Source: Escherichia phage FP43
Reading direction: 5' to 3' (one strand)
Sequence record: MN648445
Length of the DNA: 64,000 bases
A program made the position numbers and the translations under genes. Numbering within the stretch: position 1 is the stretch's first letter; every line of letters starts with the position of its first letter. Positions 20,503 to 29,128 of this stretch are shown here, one piece after another. Below the pieces are notes generated by a model. The model had not been told where the DNA came from and ran no database searches. It worked only from the letters and a program-made list of their open reading frames with translations.

Positions 20503-21459
20503 ATGATGTTAGTTATTGGTTCTCGTGCACTTCACTATCACGGTCTTATTGATTCTAGCGCTATTAAAAATAGTGATTGGGACTTTATTGCGGACCAAGG
20601 TTCTTGGAATGCATTCAAAAATCAAATGATGGGTGTATATGTTCACCAAGATAACCCTGATGTCCAAGTTTTCAAATGCTTCCATAATGGACGCGAAACT
20701 CATTTTGAAGCATACATCGTTCCGGCTATCACTAACGTTCGCGAACTAGTCGGTGAACTCACTCCTGAAGATTTCACGTCTTCTTATGACCTTTTAAAAT
20801 ACGCCAAGAAAAATTTGACTAAAGACCGTTTGAACGGGTTTTACTGGGCAACTCCTGAGATATGTCTTGCAATTAAGATGTCTCATCGTTTCAAGAAAAA
20901 TAATCCATTCTTTTTAAAGACTATGAACCATATTCAGTATCTTCGTGGTAAAGGTGTTACACTGAACGATGAACTTACTGAAATTATGCTGAAACGCCAG
21001 AAAGAAACCTTGAATTATGCTCACCCAGTTCTTGACACTTCTAAAAGTGCGTTCTTTAAAGATGACATCTATACATATGACCATGATACTATTCATGAAG
21101 CCATTGCACTAACAGACCGTCCAGCGTATACATTTTATATGAAAGATGGTTCTGAAGTCATGACCTCACGCGAGAAGTTCGAATCATTACCAGAAATGGT
21201 CAAATTGGCCGGCGTATACGAAGAATCATGTGTACTAGCGTTAGAACGTTCTCAGATTCCTAATAACTTTGAAATCCATCCACGTGATAGTTTTATGATG
21301 GCCCTTGAAAAGGTCTGTACATCAATCACATCAGGATGGTTCCGTGAGTTCGCTTGGGAAAATTATAGCAAAGTAGTAAGTATGTACCAAAGCTTAGGAC
21401 ACGACGATTACGTCAAGCGTTTCAAACAAAACTTTCATATGGTAAAACCTTTCAAATAA
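20503..21459 (+). CDS. Hypothetical protein, possible nucleotidyltransferase fold
   Basis: 318 aa; N-terminal VIGSRALHYHGLIDSSAIKNSDWDF resembles the GS...D-x-D minimal NTase motif (weak). Confidence 0.45.
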   Translation: MMLVIGSRALHYHGLIDSSAIKNSDWDFIADQGSWNAFKNQMMGVYVHQDNPDVQVFKCFHNGRETHFEAYIVPAITNVRELVGELTPEDFTSSYDLLKYAKKNLTKDRLNGFYWATPEICLAIKMSHRFKKNNPFFLKTMNHIQYLRGKGVTLNDELTEIMLKRQKETLNYAHPVLDTSKSAFFKDDIYTYDHDTIHEAIALTDRPAYTFYMKDGSEVMTSREKFESLPEMVKLAGVYEESCVLALERSQIPNNFEIHPRDSFMMALEKVCTSITSGWFREFAWENYSKVVSMYQSLGHDDYVKRFKQNFHMVKPFK

Positions 21460-21471
21460 TTTCACAAAACA

Positions 21472-21510
21472 GTTTACAAGGTCTGTAGTTGTTGATACTA
21501 TAGACCTATC
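21472..21510 (+). promoter_or_regulatory. Early-type promoter cassette
   Basis: GTTTAC 21472..21477, TACTATAGACCTATC downstream. Confidence 0.5.
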
Positions 21511-21539
21511 AAAACAAATGAGTGAATGGAGATATAAAA

Positions 21540-21740
21540 ATGACTACTTTGAATAAACGTTTCGGTAAAGCTAAACCTGGTTGTGCAGCAGAACGTCGTT
21601 ATGTTTTCGCTCAGTTAGAAGATGTAGAGTATCAGATTAATCAAGTTCACATTACTGGTATCGAGCCTATGTGTGGCCTTGAAGCTCTTCGTGAAGTTCG
21701 TGATGGGTATCGTCGTGACATCGAAGAAATGTCAAAATAA
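21540..21740 (+). CDS. Small hypothetical protein
   Basis: 66-aa ORF. Confidence 0.35.
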   Translation: MTTLNKRFGKAKPGCAAERRYVFAQLEDVEYQINQVHITGIEPMCGLEALREVRDGYRRDIEEMSK

Positions 21741-21741
21741 G

Positions 21742-21779
21742 TGTACAAACTGATAGGACTATGTTATAGTAGTCCTATT
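21742..21779 (+). promoter_or_regulatory. Early promoter cassette (TGTACA -35 variant, GATAGGACTA/TAGTCCTAT arms)
   Basis: TGTACA 21742..21747, TATAGT 21765..21770. Confidence 0.55.
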
Positions 21780-21798
21780 AAAACATGAGGAGAATATT

Positions 21799-22104
21799 AT
21801 GAAATTAGGCGAAACCAACCGAATTGGTCTTTTAACAATATTTGTATCACTTTTTTACGCAGCTCTTTCTGTTGCAGTATTACAAAAGGCTTACAGTATG
21901 GATGGTGTTCCTGGTTTTGTATTCTTATCGCCGTTTTTGCTATTCGTTGGAGCATTGTTATTATATGCCACGACTAGTTTCGACCATAACGTCTGGGTCA
22001 ATTATAAATGTAAATTGTCTGAAGAAGAACACGCAGAAGCTCGTAAAAAAGCTATTGAATCTACCAATCTAGAAAATTTCATTAAAGAATGTCGAGGAAA
22101 ATAA
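21799..22104 (+). CDS. Membrane protein, C-terminal NFIKECR motif
   Basis: 101 aa, two hydrophobic helices, ends ...STNLENFIKECRGK. Confidence 0.5.
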   Translation: MKLGETNRIGLLTIFVSLFYAALSVAVLQKAYSMDGVPGFVFLSPFLLFVGALLLYATTSFDHNVWVNYKCKLSEEEHAEARKKAIESTNLENFIKECRGK

Positions 22105-22105
22105 T

Positions 22106-22792
22106 ATGAATAGTTCTAAAGTGTTTAATAGTCAAGCTCGTGCAGTAGGTGGTTTTGCTCATGCGATTAAAAATGACCAGATTAAAAACGAGCCTATGTT
22201 CTTTAATTGCGATTTGAATTTTGCTTTTGATAACGGCGGTCCAATTACTCGTAGCTTTATCCAAAATCTCCCTGACGATTGGAAAGACTCAGATGTAGTA
22301 TTTGATTCACGAGTCCATATGCTGATGCCTGGTTGGTACCCTGCTATCCCAGGTTATCACCATGATGATGTACCACGCCCGGATATTCCGGTTGGTCAAC
22401 ATTTTATTACTGCAGGACAACCTGACTATGACAATCCTCGCTATTTGTCTGAACATATTCTTGGTCTTGTTAACGCTGATGTGTGTCCTACTCATTTTGC
22501 AACAGGAACTGCAGAGTTCAGTCAGATTCCTGATGGCGAACTTATCTATCGCCAGTGGCACAAAGAAGTCCTCGAAAAAATTGAAAAAGGTGAACTAGAG
22601 AAATGGGAAGCTCCAGATCGTACTCTTCTTCAGTTTGATTGGCAAACATGGCACACTGGTTCTCGTGCAATTAGTAATGGATGGCGTTGGTTCGGACGTG
22701 TATCTCGTAATACAGACCGAGTTAAAAAGATTACCAATGAAATTCGTGTCAATGCTCAAGTTTATCTGGAATTCCCTATGGAAGGCTGGTAA
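22106..22792 (+). CDS. Hypothetical protein (very tentative 2OG-Fe(II)-oxygenase-like motifs)
   Basis: 228 aa; HHDD ... H ... R-x-S pattern only. Confidence 0.4.
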   Translation: MNSSKVFNSQARAVGGFAHAIKNDQIKNEPMFFNCDLNFAFDNGGPITRSFIQNLPDDWKDSDVVFDSRVHMLMPGWYPAIPGYHHDDVPRPDIPVGQHFITAGQPDYDNPRYLSEHILGLVNADVCPTHFATGTAEFSQIPDGELIYRQWHKEVLEKIEKGELEKWEAPDRTLLQFDWQTWHTGSRAISNGWRWFGRVSRNTDRVKKITNEIRVNAQVYLEFPMEGW

Positions 22793-23283
22793 TGATTAAC
22801 AAAACATATTGGTCTAATATAGACGATGGCAACGAAGGTATTTCGTACTATTCAGTGGATTGGACAGGATGTCCATCCTACTTAGTGAAACGTATTTGCC
22901 AAGAATTTAAAATCGACCAGCCAGCAGGTATTATCGTGAACAGATACATTAATGGATATCAACCTATCGATGAAGTAATACGAACAACTCAAGCTGAGCT
23001 TGAAAAGTTTTTCAATAAGTGCCAATGGATAACAGGATGGATTATATTTGTACCGTCGGTATGGTTTTTCAGTACTAAGGTGAGTTCTTTCGGTTTTGTT
23101 GATATTATTGCTATCTTATTAGCATCTAGTATCGTAAGTGTTGTTGGTGGCATCATTGGCGGCGGTACCGCCGCCATCATTATTAATCTTATTAAAAGTA
23201 GTTTACAAGAACATAAAGACAAGATAAAAGCCAAGAATAATGAAGTTGAACGTTTTATTACCGAATGCAGGAATTTGAGATGA
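22792..23283 (+). CDS. Membrane protein, C-terminal RFITECR motif
   Basis: 163 aa, Gly-rich hydrophobic segment, ends ...NNEVERFITECRNLR. Confidence 0.5.
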   Translation: MINKTYWSNIDDGNEGISYYSVDWTGCPSYLVKRICQEFKIDQPAGIIVNRYINGYQPIDEVIRTTQAELEKFFNKCQWITGWIIFVPSVWFFSTKVSSFGFVDIIAILLASSIVSVVGGIIGGGTAAIIINLIKSSLQEHKDKIKAKNNEVERFITECRNLR

Positions 23284-23516
23284 GTATAGCAATTTACATT
23301 AAATCAGAATCATGTGATAGTTATCTGTACACATATGATAAAGATGTGTCAGAAGAAAAAATCAAAGACGACCTTAATACGGACCTTGATATGTTCTGTC
23401 CTATTGCAGATTACAAACTTGCGGTCTCTAATAGTGAAAGTCCATCTAAAGAAACGCGCATTGAAGAATTTATGTCTGAATTAATGGCCAAATCATGGGA
23501 CCGAGATGATGAGTAA
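23280..23516 (+). CDS. Small acidic hypothetical protein
   Basis: 78-aa ORF with ATGA overlap to upstream stop. Confidence 0.4.
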   Translation: MSIAIYIKSESCDSYLYTYDKDVSEEKIKDDLNTDLDMFCPIADYKLAVSNSESPSKETRIEEFMSELMAKSWDRDDE

Positions 23517-23964
23517 GAAAAATAAAGTGAAAGAGCTATCAGCCGGTATTATTTTCCTTACCGAAGATAAAGAATTATTCATGGGGCGTGTAACTGGTTC
23601 TCGTCCTAAAGGTGCATTAACTCATCGGTGGGATATTCCTAAAGGCCGTGTCGAACCTGGCGAATCTCCTATTGAAGCCGCTATTCGTGAATGCGAAGAA
23701 GAAACTGGGTTTACACAATATGACCCTGCCTTCCTGAAAGACCTAGGTGAACATCATTACTCAGACAATAAGAATATTCATCTGTTCCTATATACCATCC
23801 CTGTAGAGCACGAGCAATTCAGAAACAGTGTTTGTAATTCCTATCATACATTCCAAGACGGACGACATATTCCTGAATTTGATGCATTCGCTTTAATTAA
23901 ACCTTCTCAATGGGAATATGTAATGGGCAAATCGTTATATAAGGTGCTCACTACCCTCCTATAA
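23506..23964 (+). CDS. nudE: Nudix hydrolase NudE
   Basis: 152 aa with Nudix box GRVEPGESPIEAAIRECEEETG; directly upstream of e as in T4. Confidence 0.8.
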   Translation: MMSKKNKVKELSAGIIFLTEDKELFMGRVTGSRPKGALTHRWDIPKGRVEPGESPIEAAIRECEEETGFTQYDPAFLKDLGEHHYSDNKNIHLFLYTIPVEHEQFRNSVCNSYHTFQDGRHIPEFDAFALIKPSQWEYVMGKSLYKVLTTLL

Positions 23965-23970
23965 GTAATA

Positions 23971-23998
23971 AATACCTCCTATAAACGTGGGAGGTATT
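23971..23998 (+). promoter_or_regulatory. Stem-loop sequestering the Shine-Dalgarno of gene e
   Basis: 9-bp stem AATACCTCC / GGAGGTATT with 10-nt loop TATAAACGTG; ATG at 23999 follows immediately. Confidence 0.65.
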
Positions 23999-24487
23999 AT
24001 GAATATATTTGAAATGCTTCGTAATGACGAAGGTCTTAGACTGACTTTATACAAAGACACTGAAGGCTTTTGGACGATTGGCATAGGCCATTTAGTAACA
24101 AAGAACCCGTCTTTAGCCGTAGCTAAAGCTGAACTTGACAGAATGATCGGTCGTAAATGCAACGGTACAATTACCCTTGATGAGGCTGAAAAGCTATTTA
24201 ATGAAGACGTTGATAAAGCTGTCCGCGGAATCTTGGGTAATGCTAAACTTAAACCGGTATATGATTCTTTAGATGCAGTTCGTCGGTGTGCATTGGTCAA
24301 TATGGTCTTCCAAATGGGTGTAGCAGGAGTCGCCGGTTTTACTAATTCTCTTCGTATGCTTAAACAGAAACGTTGGGATGAAGCGGCAGTAAATCTAGCT
24401 CAATCTAAATGGTATCGTCAGACACCTAATCGCGCGAAACGCGTAATCTCAACATTTAAAACAGGAACTTGGAAAGCGTATATATGA
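23999..24487 (+). CDS. e: Endolysin (T4-type lysozyme)
   Basis: [32 protein letters not shown]...; near-identical in pattern to T4 lysozyme as recalled. Confidence 0.92.
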   Translation: MNIFEMLRNDEGLRLTLYKDTEGFWTIGIGHLVTKNPSLAVAKAELDRMIGRKCNGTITLDEAEKLFNEDVDKAVRGILGNAKLKPVYDSLDAVRRCALVNMVFQMGVAGVAGFTNSLRMLKQKRWDEAAVNLAQSKWYRQTPNRAKRVISTFKTGTWKAYI

Positions 24488-24765
24488 AAACATATAGTGA
24501 ATTTTTATCAGAATCTATTCTTAACGAAGCTACTGACACATTTGCAACTAAGCTAGGTGCAGCTTTGGTTGAAGCTGAAAGTCTATTAGCACGTATTTCT
24601 GAACTTGCTAGTAAGATAGATACTCGCAAATTTGAACGTACCAGCGATATCGCTAAGCTTGAAGCCTTGTTGCGTATGTGCGATAAACCAGAAGAAATCG
24701 CTAAGAACGGCTCGCTGATGAAACAACGTCTTGAAAAATATATTTCAGGCGCTTCAGAAAAATAG
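24484..24765 (+). CDS. Internal-protein-like capsid-targeted protein
   Basis: N-terminus [10 protein letters not shown]; ATGA overlap with e stop; ipII/ipIII neighbourhood of T4. Confidence 0.6.
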   Translation: MKTYSEFLSESILNEATDTFATKLGAALVEAESLLARISELASKIDTRKFERTSDIAKLEALLRMCDKPEEIAKNGSLMKQRLEKYISGASEK

Positions 24766-24766
24766 T

Positions 24767-24818
24767 GTTTACTTCCTCCAAGGGTTTTGATACTATACAT
24801 TCATCAACTACTTGGAGG
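24767..24818 (+). promoter_or_regulatory. Early promoter cassette whose 3' arm contains the denV Shine-Dalgarno
   Basis: GTTTAC 24767..24772, TACTAT 24791..24796; perfect 8-bp arms CCTCCAAG (24775..24782) and CTTGGAGG (24811..24818). Confidence 0.6.
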
Positions 24819-24823
24819 AAATT

Positions 24824-25237
24824 ATGACTCGTATCAATTTAACACTTGTTTCTGAACTGTCCGACCAACATCTTATGGCTGAGTATCGTGAATTACCACG
24901 CGTATTTGGTGCAGTCCGTAAACATGTTCAAAACGGTAAACGTGTAAAGGATTTTAAAATCTCTCCAACATTTATCTTAGGCACAGGTCACGTAACATTC
25001 TTTTACGACAAACTCGAATTTTTACGTTTACGTCAAATCGAGCTAATCGTTGAATGTTTGAAACGTGGTTTCAAAATCAAGGACACGACAGTCCAGGATA
25101 TTTCCGACATCCCTGCCGAATTTCGTAATAATTATGTCCCGTCCGAAGCGTCCATTGCGATAAGTCAAGCACGCTTAGATGAAAAAATTGCTCAACGTCC
25201 GACTTGGTACAAATACTATGGTAAATCAATTTACTAA
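24824..25237 (+). CDS. denV: Endonuclease V (pyrimidine-dimer DNA glycosylase)
   Basis: [35 protein letters not shown]...; 137 aa; recognised T4 denV pattern. Confidence 0.9.
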   Translation: MTRINLTLVSELSDQHLMAEYRELPRVFGAVRKHVQNGKRVKDFKISPTFILGTGHVTFFYDKLEFLRLRQIELIVECLKRGFKIKDTTVQDISDIPAEFRNNYVPSEASIAISQARLDEKIAQRPTWYKYYGKSIY

Positions 25238-25244
25238 GGAAAAA

Positions 25245-25574
25245 ATGAAAACATATCAAGAGTTTATCACTGAAGTTACATTATCTGCGGAACAGAAAGC
25301 TGCTATCGAAGAAAGTAAAAATCCCAAAGTAACATATAAAGTAAATAGTAAAGGCGTTTTTGATGGCTTGGTTCAAGACCCTGAATTGAAAAAAGCTCTT
25401 TCTAAAACTAATGCGTACTTTGCTCCTAAATTTAACACAGCAGGTGTACTTATTGGATTGGATGTATTCAACTCTAAAGGTGTTCTATCTAATGCCTTTG
25501 GCTATGCCGCTAACAAAATTACCAAAGCCGCATGGGAATCCAATACCAAACAAGCTCAAAAGCCTAGAGTATAA
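25245..25574 (+). CDS. Internal-protein-like capsid-targeted protein
   Basis: N-terminus MKTYQEFITE, exact match to the recalled T4 leader MKTYQEFIAE with one substitution. Confidence 0.65.
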   Translation: MKTYQEFITEVTLSAEQKAAIEESKNPKVTYKVNSKGVFDGLVQDPELKKALSKTNAYFAPKFNTAGVLIGLDVFNSKGVLSNAFGYAANKITKAAWESNTKQAQKPRV

Positions 25575-25746
25575 TTCTTGTCTAATAAAGGGAAACGCAA
25601 CCTCTCCTTATGAACGTCGAGTCCTCTGAGTGATGTACCTTTTCCAACCTGTAATAAGGTCGAGCGCAATGCGGTAATGGGTTTACATAGCGAGTCGAAG
25701 GACCTAACATGTGCCACGGAATGGCCCAAACCTTAAGAGAAATAAT

Positions 25747-26286
25747 ATGAGAACATTTTTAACTGGACCTTATCTATCCCTGATGAATGCTTTTACACAC
25801 CATTCTGATGCTAGAGTAGAAGAAATTTGTAAGAACGGTTATATCCCACCATTTGAAGACGTACTCAAGCAGTACTGTACACTTCGTTTAGACGGCGGCA
25901 GACAATCAGGTAAATCAATTGCTGTGACTAACTTTGCTGCTAATTGGCTGTATGATGGTGGAACAGTTATTGTTCTTTCTAATACTTCAGCTTATGCTAA
26001 AATTTCTGCTGGCAACATTGAAAAAGAATTTTCTCGTTATTCTAGCGACAATATTCGATTCCGTTTATTTACTGATTCTGTCCGTAGTTTTATTGGCAAT
26101 GAAGGTTCTAAATTCCGTGGATTAACGCTTTCTCGTATTCTGTATATAATTGACGAGCCTATTAAAGCTCCTGATATGGATAAGATTTACAATGTCCATA
26201 TTAAAACAGTACAGTACTGCTGCAAAAGCAAATATTGCATCGGCGGTAATGCTCGTCCTCAATTTTTTGTGATTGGAATGCAATGA
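25747..26286 (+). CDS. Hypothetical protein
   Basis: 179-aa ORF; weak P-loop-like GGRQSGKS. Confidence 0.45.
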   Translation: MRTFLTGPYLSLMNAFTHHSDARVEEICKNGYIPPFEDVLKQYCTLRLDGGRQSGKSIAVTNFAANWLYDGGTVIVLSNTSAYAKISAGNIEKEFSRYSSDNIRFRLFTDSVRSFIGNEGSKFRGLTLSRILYIIDEPIKAPDMDKIYNVHIKTVQYCCKSKYCIGGNARPQFFVIGMQ

Positions 26287-26591
26287 TGACCACTATTGAA
26301 GTTTTTGAATATTGTTATAACAGCCCAGTATGCAATAAAAGGGCTCTTGTAGAAAATTACGAGATTTACCATTTTAAACCTAAACGATACCGTTTGACTA
26401 AAGGTCCGTTCGCAGGGCAGCAGGTTCTTTGTACTGCTCCTAATGCACGGTTGATGACTAGTATTCCGCATTTCAAAATGGAATTTATTGATGGGCCATT
26501 TAAGGGATTAATCACTCAAAGTTTAATGGCGTTTAATTCTGACCCATTTTTGATTAAAGAAAAAACTTGGATAAATTTATTTTCTAATTGA
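26283..26591 (+). CDS. Hypothetical protein
   Basis: 102-aa ORF with ATGA overlap. Confidence 0.4.
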   Translation: MMTTIEVFEYCYNSPVCNKRALVENYEIYHFKPKRYRLTKGPFAGQQVLCTAPNARLMTSIPHFKMEFIDGPFKGLITQSLMAFNSDPFLIKEKTWINLFSN

Positions 26592-26597
26592 GGTTAT

Positions 26598-26960
26598 ATG
26601 AAAGCATATCAAATTCTTGAAGGTGCACATAAAGGCACTATTTATTTTGAAGACGGTACTCAAGCCCGGATTATCGTCTCTAAGACTTTTAAAGAAGACG
26701 CTATTGTAGACCCGGAAATTTTCTACGGTTTGAATGCCCGTGAAATTGAAATTGAACATCAACCTAAAGTTAAAATTGAAGGTGGTCAACACCTGAACGT
26801 TAATGTTCTGCGTCGTGAAACTCTGGAAGATGCAGTTAAGCATCCAGAAAAATATCCGCAGTTGACCATTCGTGTATCCGGTTATGCAGTTCGCTTTAAC
26901 TCTCTGACTCCAGAACAGCAGCGCGACGTTATCGCTCGTACCTTTACTGAGAGTCTATAA
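26598..26960 (+). CDS. Autonomous glycyl-radical cofactor (GrcA/YfiD-like; T4 Y06I-like)
   Basis: 120 aa; C-terminus [28 protein letters not shown] carries the RVSGY glycyl-radical motif. Confidence 0.75.
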   Translation: MKAYQILEGAHKGTIYFEDGTQARIIVSKTFKEDAIVDPEIFYGLNAREIEIEHQPKVKIEGGQHLNVNVLRRETLEDAVKHPEKYPQLTIRVSGYAVRFNSLTPEQQRDVIARTFTESL

Positions 26961-27184
26961 TGGCTAAATTGATTATAGAAGGGTCTAAAGATGTGCTAAA
27001 TGCTTTCGCAGAATGGTTTAGTAATTCAGGCGAGCAATCATTCACTGAAGCATTTAGAATGGGTGATATTACTGGAAAATATCCGACAACCGATATCACT
27101 GTACGTGGATATGGTATTAATGAGCCTATCCAATTGGTCGAATATGACCTTGCCACCGATGAGGAAATTCCTTATGTCGATTGA
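26960..27184 (+). CDS. Small hypothetical protein
   Basis: 74-aa ORF with ATGA overlap. Confidence 0.4.
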   Translation: MAKLIIEGSKDVLNAFAEWFSNSGEQSFTEAFRMGDITGKYPTTDITVRGYGINEPIQLVEYDLATDEEIPYVD

Positions 27185-27419
27185 AGACATCAAAGGCTAC
27201 AAGCCGCATACCGATGATAAAATCGGTAAAGTGAACGCTATTAAAGATGCAGAAGTTCGATTAGGGCTTATTTTCGATGCCTTGGCGGAAGAAGCGTTGT
27301 CTGCGAATACTCCTGAAGCTTTGACAGCTTTGTCCCAATTGAACTGTGCTAAAGAACGCCTAAAGGAAGCTAGTATGTGGGCTTGTCGTGCGGTATTTCA
27401 ACCAGAGGAAAAATACTAA
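27174..27419 (+). CDS. Small hypothetical protein
   Basis: 81-aa ORF from internal ATG 27174. Confidence 0.4.
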   Translation: MSIEDIKGYKPHTDDKIGKVNAIKDAEVRLGLIFDALAEEALSANTPEALTALSQLNCAKERLKEASMWACRAVFQPEEKY

Positions 27420-27718
27420 TGGCTCAAATCCTATCAGGCTTTGGAACTCATTATGAAGCATCTCGACGCATAACTGAAAACAATCCTTTTGGCCTTGTTC
27501 CGAAGCACAAGAAAATTCAAAGCCTTGATGACTTTGAGAACCGCCTATGGGCCCTCTTTAATGAGTACAAGGCATATCTGAAAGAAGACGCTGACGATTG
27601 TCTTGAAGAAGATGAGATTGCGTATTACGAACAACGCCTTGAACAGCTCAAGAACTTCCACCAGGTTCGTGACGAAGTATCTAAAGCAGTTAAAAAGTTA
27701 ATTCCTTTCAAAGAGTAG
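27419..27718 (+). CDS. Hypothetical protein
   Basis: 99-aa ORF; denV-regB interval where T4 carries the vs.x genes. Confidence 0.45.
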   Translation: MAQILSGFGTHYEASRRITENNPFGLVPKHKKIQSLDDFENRLWALFNEYKAYLKEDADDCLEEDEIAYYEQRLEQLKNFHQVRDEVSKAVKKLIPFKE

Positions 27719-27766
27719 TTTACTTCTCCTCTAGTTGTGTTACTATAGACCTGTCAACTAGAGGAG
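27718..27766 (+). promoter_or_regulatory. Early promoter cassette with perfect 12-bp inverted repeat; 3' arm contains the regB Shine-Dalgarno
   Basis: GTTTAC 27718..27723, TACTAT 27741..27746, arms CTCCTCTAGTTG (27726..27737) and CAACTAGAGGAG (27755..27766). Confidence 0.65.
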
Positions 27767-27774
27767 AAATCAAA

Positions 27775-28233
27775 ATGACTATCAATTCGGAAGTTTTTAT
27801 CCGCCGTAATAAACTCCGTCGAATCTTTGAAACGGAGTTCCGCAAAATAAATGCCGGTATAAAAGATGCTGCAAAGTCTCTTGGACTACCAGGCTTTCAT
27901 ATCAAGTATTCTCAACATCTCTTAGATCGTGCCATCCAGAGAGAAATAGATGAGAATTACGTTTTTGAATTATTTCATAAAGTAAAAAATCATGTTAAAG
28001 AAGTTGCAGAATTTTTATCAATGCCGGCACGTCCAGATGTTGATGAAGATTTTGTCGAAGGTGTCGAATATCGCCCAGGCCGTTTAGAAATAACTGACGG
28101 AAATCTTTGGTTAGGACTTACAGTCTGTCGCGAAAATCCAGCATTCAAAATGAAGACTCTTCAATGCAGAATGGCTATTATTAACAGTAAACGACTACCA
28201 GGAAAAGCTTCTAAAGCAGTGATTAAAATCTAG
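27775..28233 (+). CDS. regB: Endoribonuclease RegB
   Basis: 152 aa, MTINSEVFIRRNKLRR...; recognised T4 RegB pattern. Confidence 0.85.
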   Translation: MTINSEVFIRRNKLRRIFETEFRKINAGIKDAAKSLGLPGFHIKYSQHLLDRAIQREIDENYVFELFHKVKNHVKEVAEFLSMPARPDVDEDFVEGVEYRPGRLEITDGNLWLGLTVCRENPAFKMKTLQCRMAIINSKRLPGKASKAVIKI

Positions 28234-28241
28234 AGGTAAAC

Positions 28242-28784
28242 ATGAGAAAAGCACTACTCGCTGGTCTATTTGCTCTTTCGTTATCAGCACATAGCTCCGA
28301 GCATACTTTTAGTAATGTCCAACTCGATAACTTGAATTATGCTTATCAGTTTGGGGAACAGTTTTCTAAGGACGGAAAATTTAAAACGCATGAAAATATG
28401 CATAAGAAAGGACTTGGATACATAATGGCCGCAATACTATGGCAAGAATCTTCCGCCGGTATTAATCTTAAAGATAAGAAAGGTCACCATGCGTATGGAA
28501 TGTTCCAAAACTATCTACCAACAATGAGGGCAAGAATTAACCAGCTTGGTTATAATATGACTGATGCCCAAATTAAGAAAATGCTATCTAAGCGGTCTAA
28601 TTCAGCAAGATGGGCTTATATCGAATTTTCTTATTGGTTAAATATACATAACGGGGATATAAGAAAAGCTATATCCTCATATAATGCGGGATGGAAGACA
28701 AGTGCTGGAAGTAAATATGCTTCTGAAGTCCTAGAAAAGGCTAATTACCTTAAATCAAATAAACTACTGGAAATAAAAGAATGA
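28242..28784 (+). CDS. Secreted protein (vs.1 position), possible transglycosylase-like
   Basis: 180 aa with signal peptide MRKALLAGLFALSLSAHS; weak E-S motif LWQESSAG. Confidence 0.45.
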   Translation: MRKALLAGLFALSLSAHSSEHTFSNVQLDNLNYAYQFGEQFSKDGKFKTHENMHKKGLGYIMAAILWQESSAGINLKDKKGHHAYGMFQNYLPTMRARINQLGYNMTDAQIKKMLSKRSNSARWAYIEFSYWLNIHNGDIRKAISSYNAGWKTSAGSKYASEVLEKANYLKSNKLLEIKE

Positions 28785-29128
28785 CCAAAATGTTAGCTTT
28801 AATAGTTGGCTTGGTTTCATTTAACGCTCTTGCTAATACTACATATACTGATGTAACGGAGTATACAAACAGAACGGCGTCTGATTATTGTGGTAAAAGT
28901 CAAGAGTGTAAAGTAGATTTTTCACAAAAATTGTTATATGCGTATAAAGACGGAGAAAAAGATGGGGCGTCTAGTAGGTTCAAGGCGTCTACCTTAATTA
29001 AAAGATACTATAAAAAATGGCAAATATTAGAATGCTCGGTGGCGGAACCTAAAGATAAGGCAGCATGCAATTCTATGGTGGACCGTCTAGTTGACTCTTA
29101 TACTAGAGGACTTGTAGCAAGTGATTAA
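28781..29128 (+). CDS. vs: Vs-like secreted protein
   Basis: 115 aa with signal peptide MTKMLALIVGLVSFNALA; size and position as T4 vs. Confidence 0.5.
   Translation: MTKMLALIVGLVSFNALANTTYTDVTEYTNRTASDYCGKSQECKVDFSQKLLYAYKDGEKDGASSRFKASTLIKRYYKKWQILECSVAEPKDKAACNSMVDRLVDSYTRGLVASD

Noticed and set aside
23955-23988. TATAAGTAATAAATA and TATAAACG as exact late promoters for gene e
   Set aside because: Neither matches the TATAAATA octamer exactly; reported only as part of the regulatory hairpin.
25575-25746. 170-nt intergenic region after the 25245 gene as a structured RNA or mobile-element scar
   Set aside because: It contains only a weak GTTTAC...CTAACA promoter-like element and no clear hairpins or repeats; insufficient evidence.
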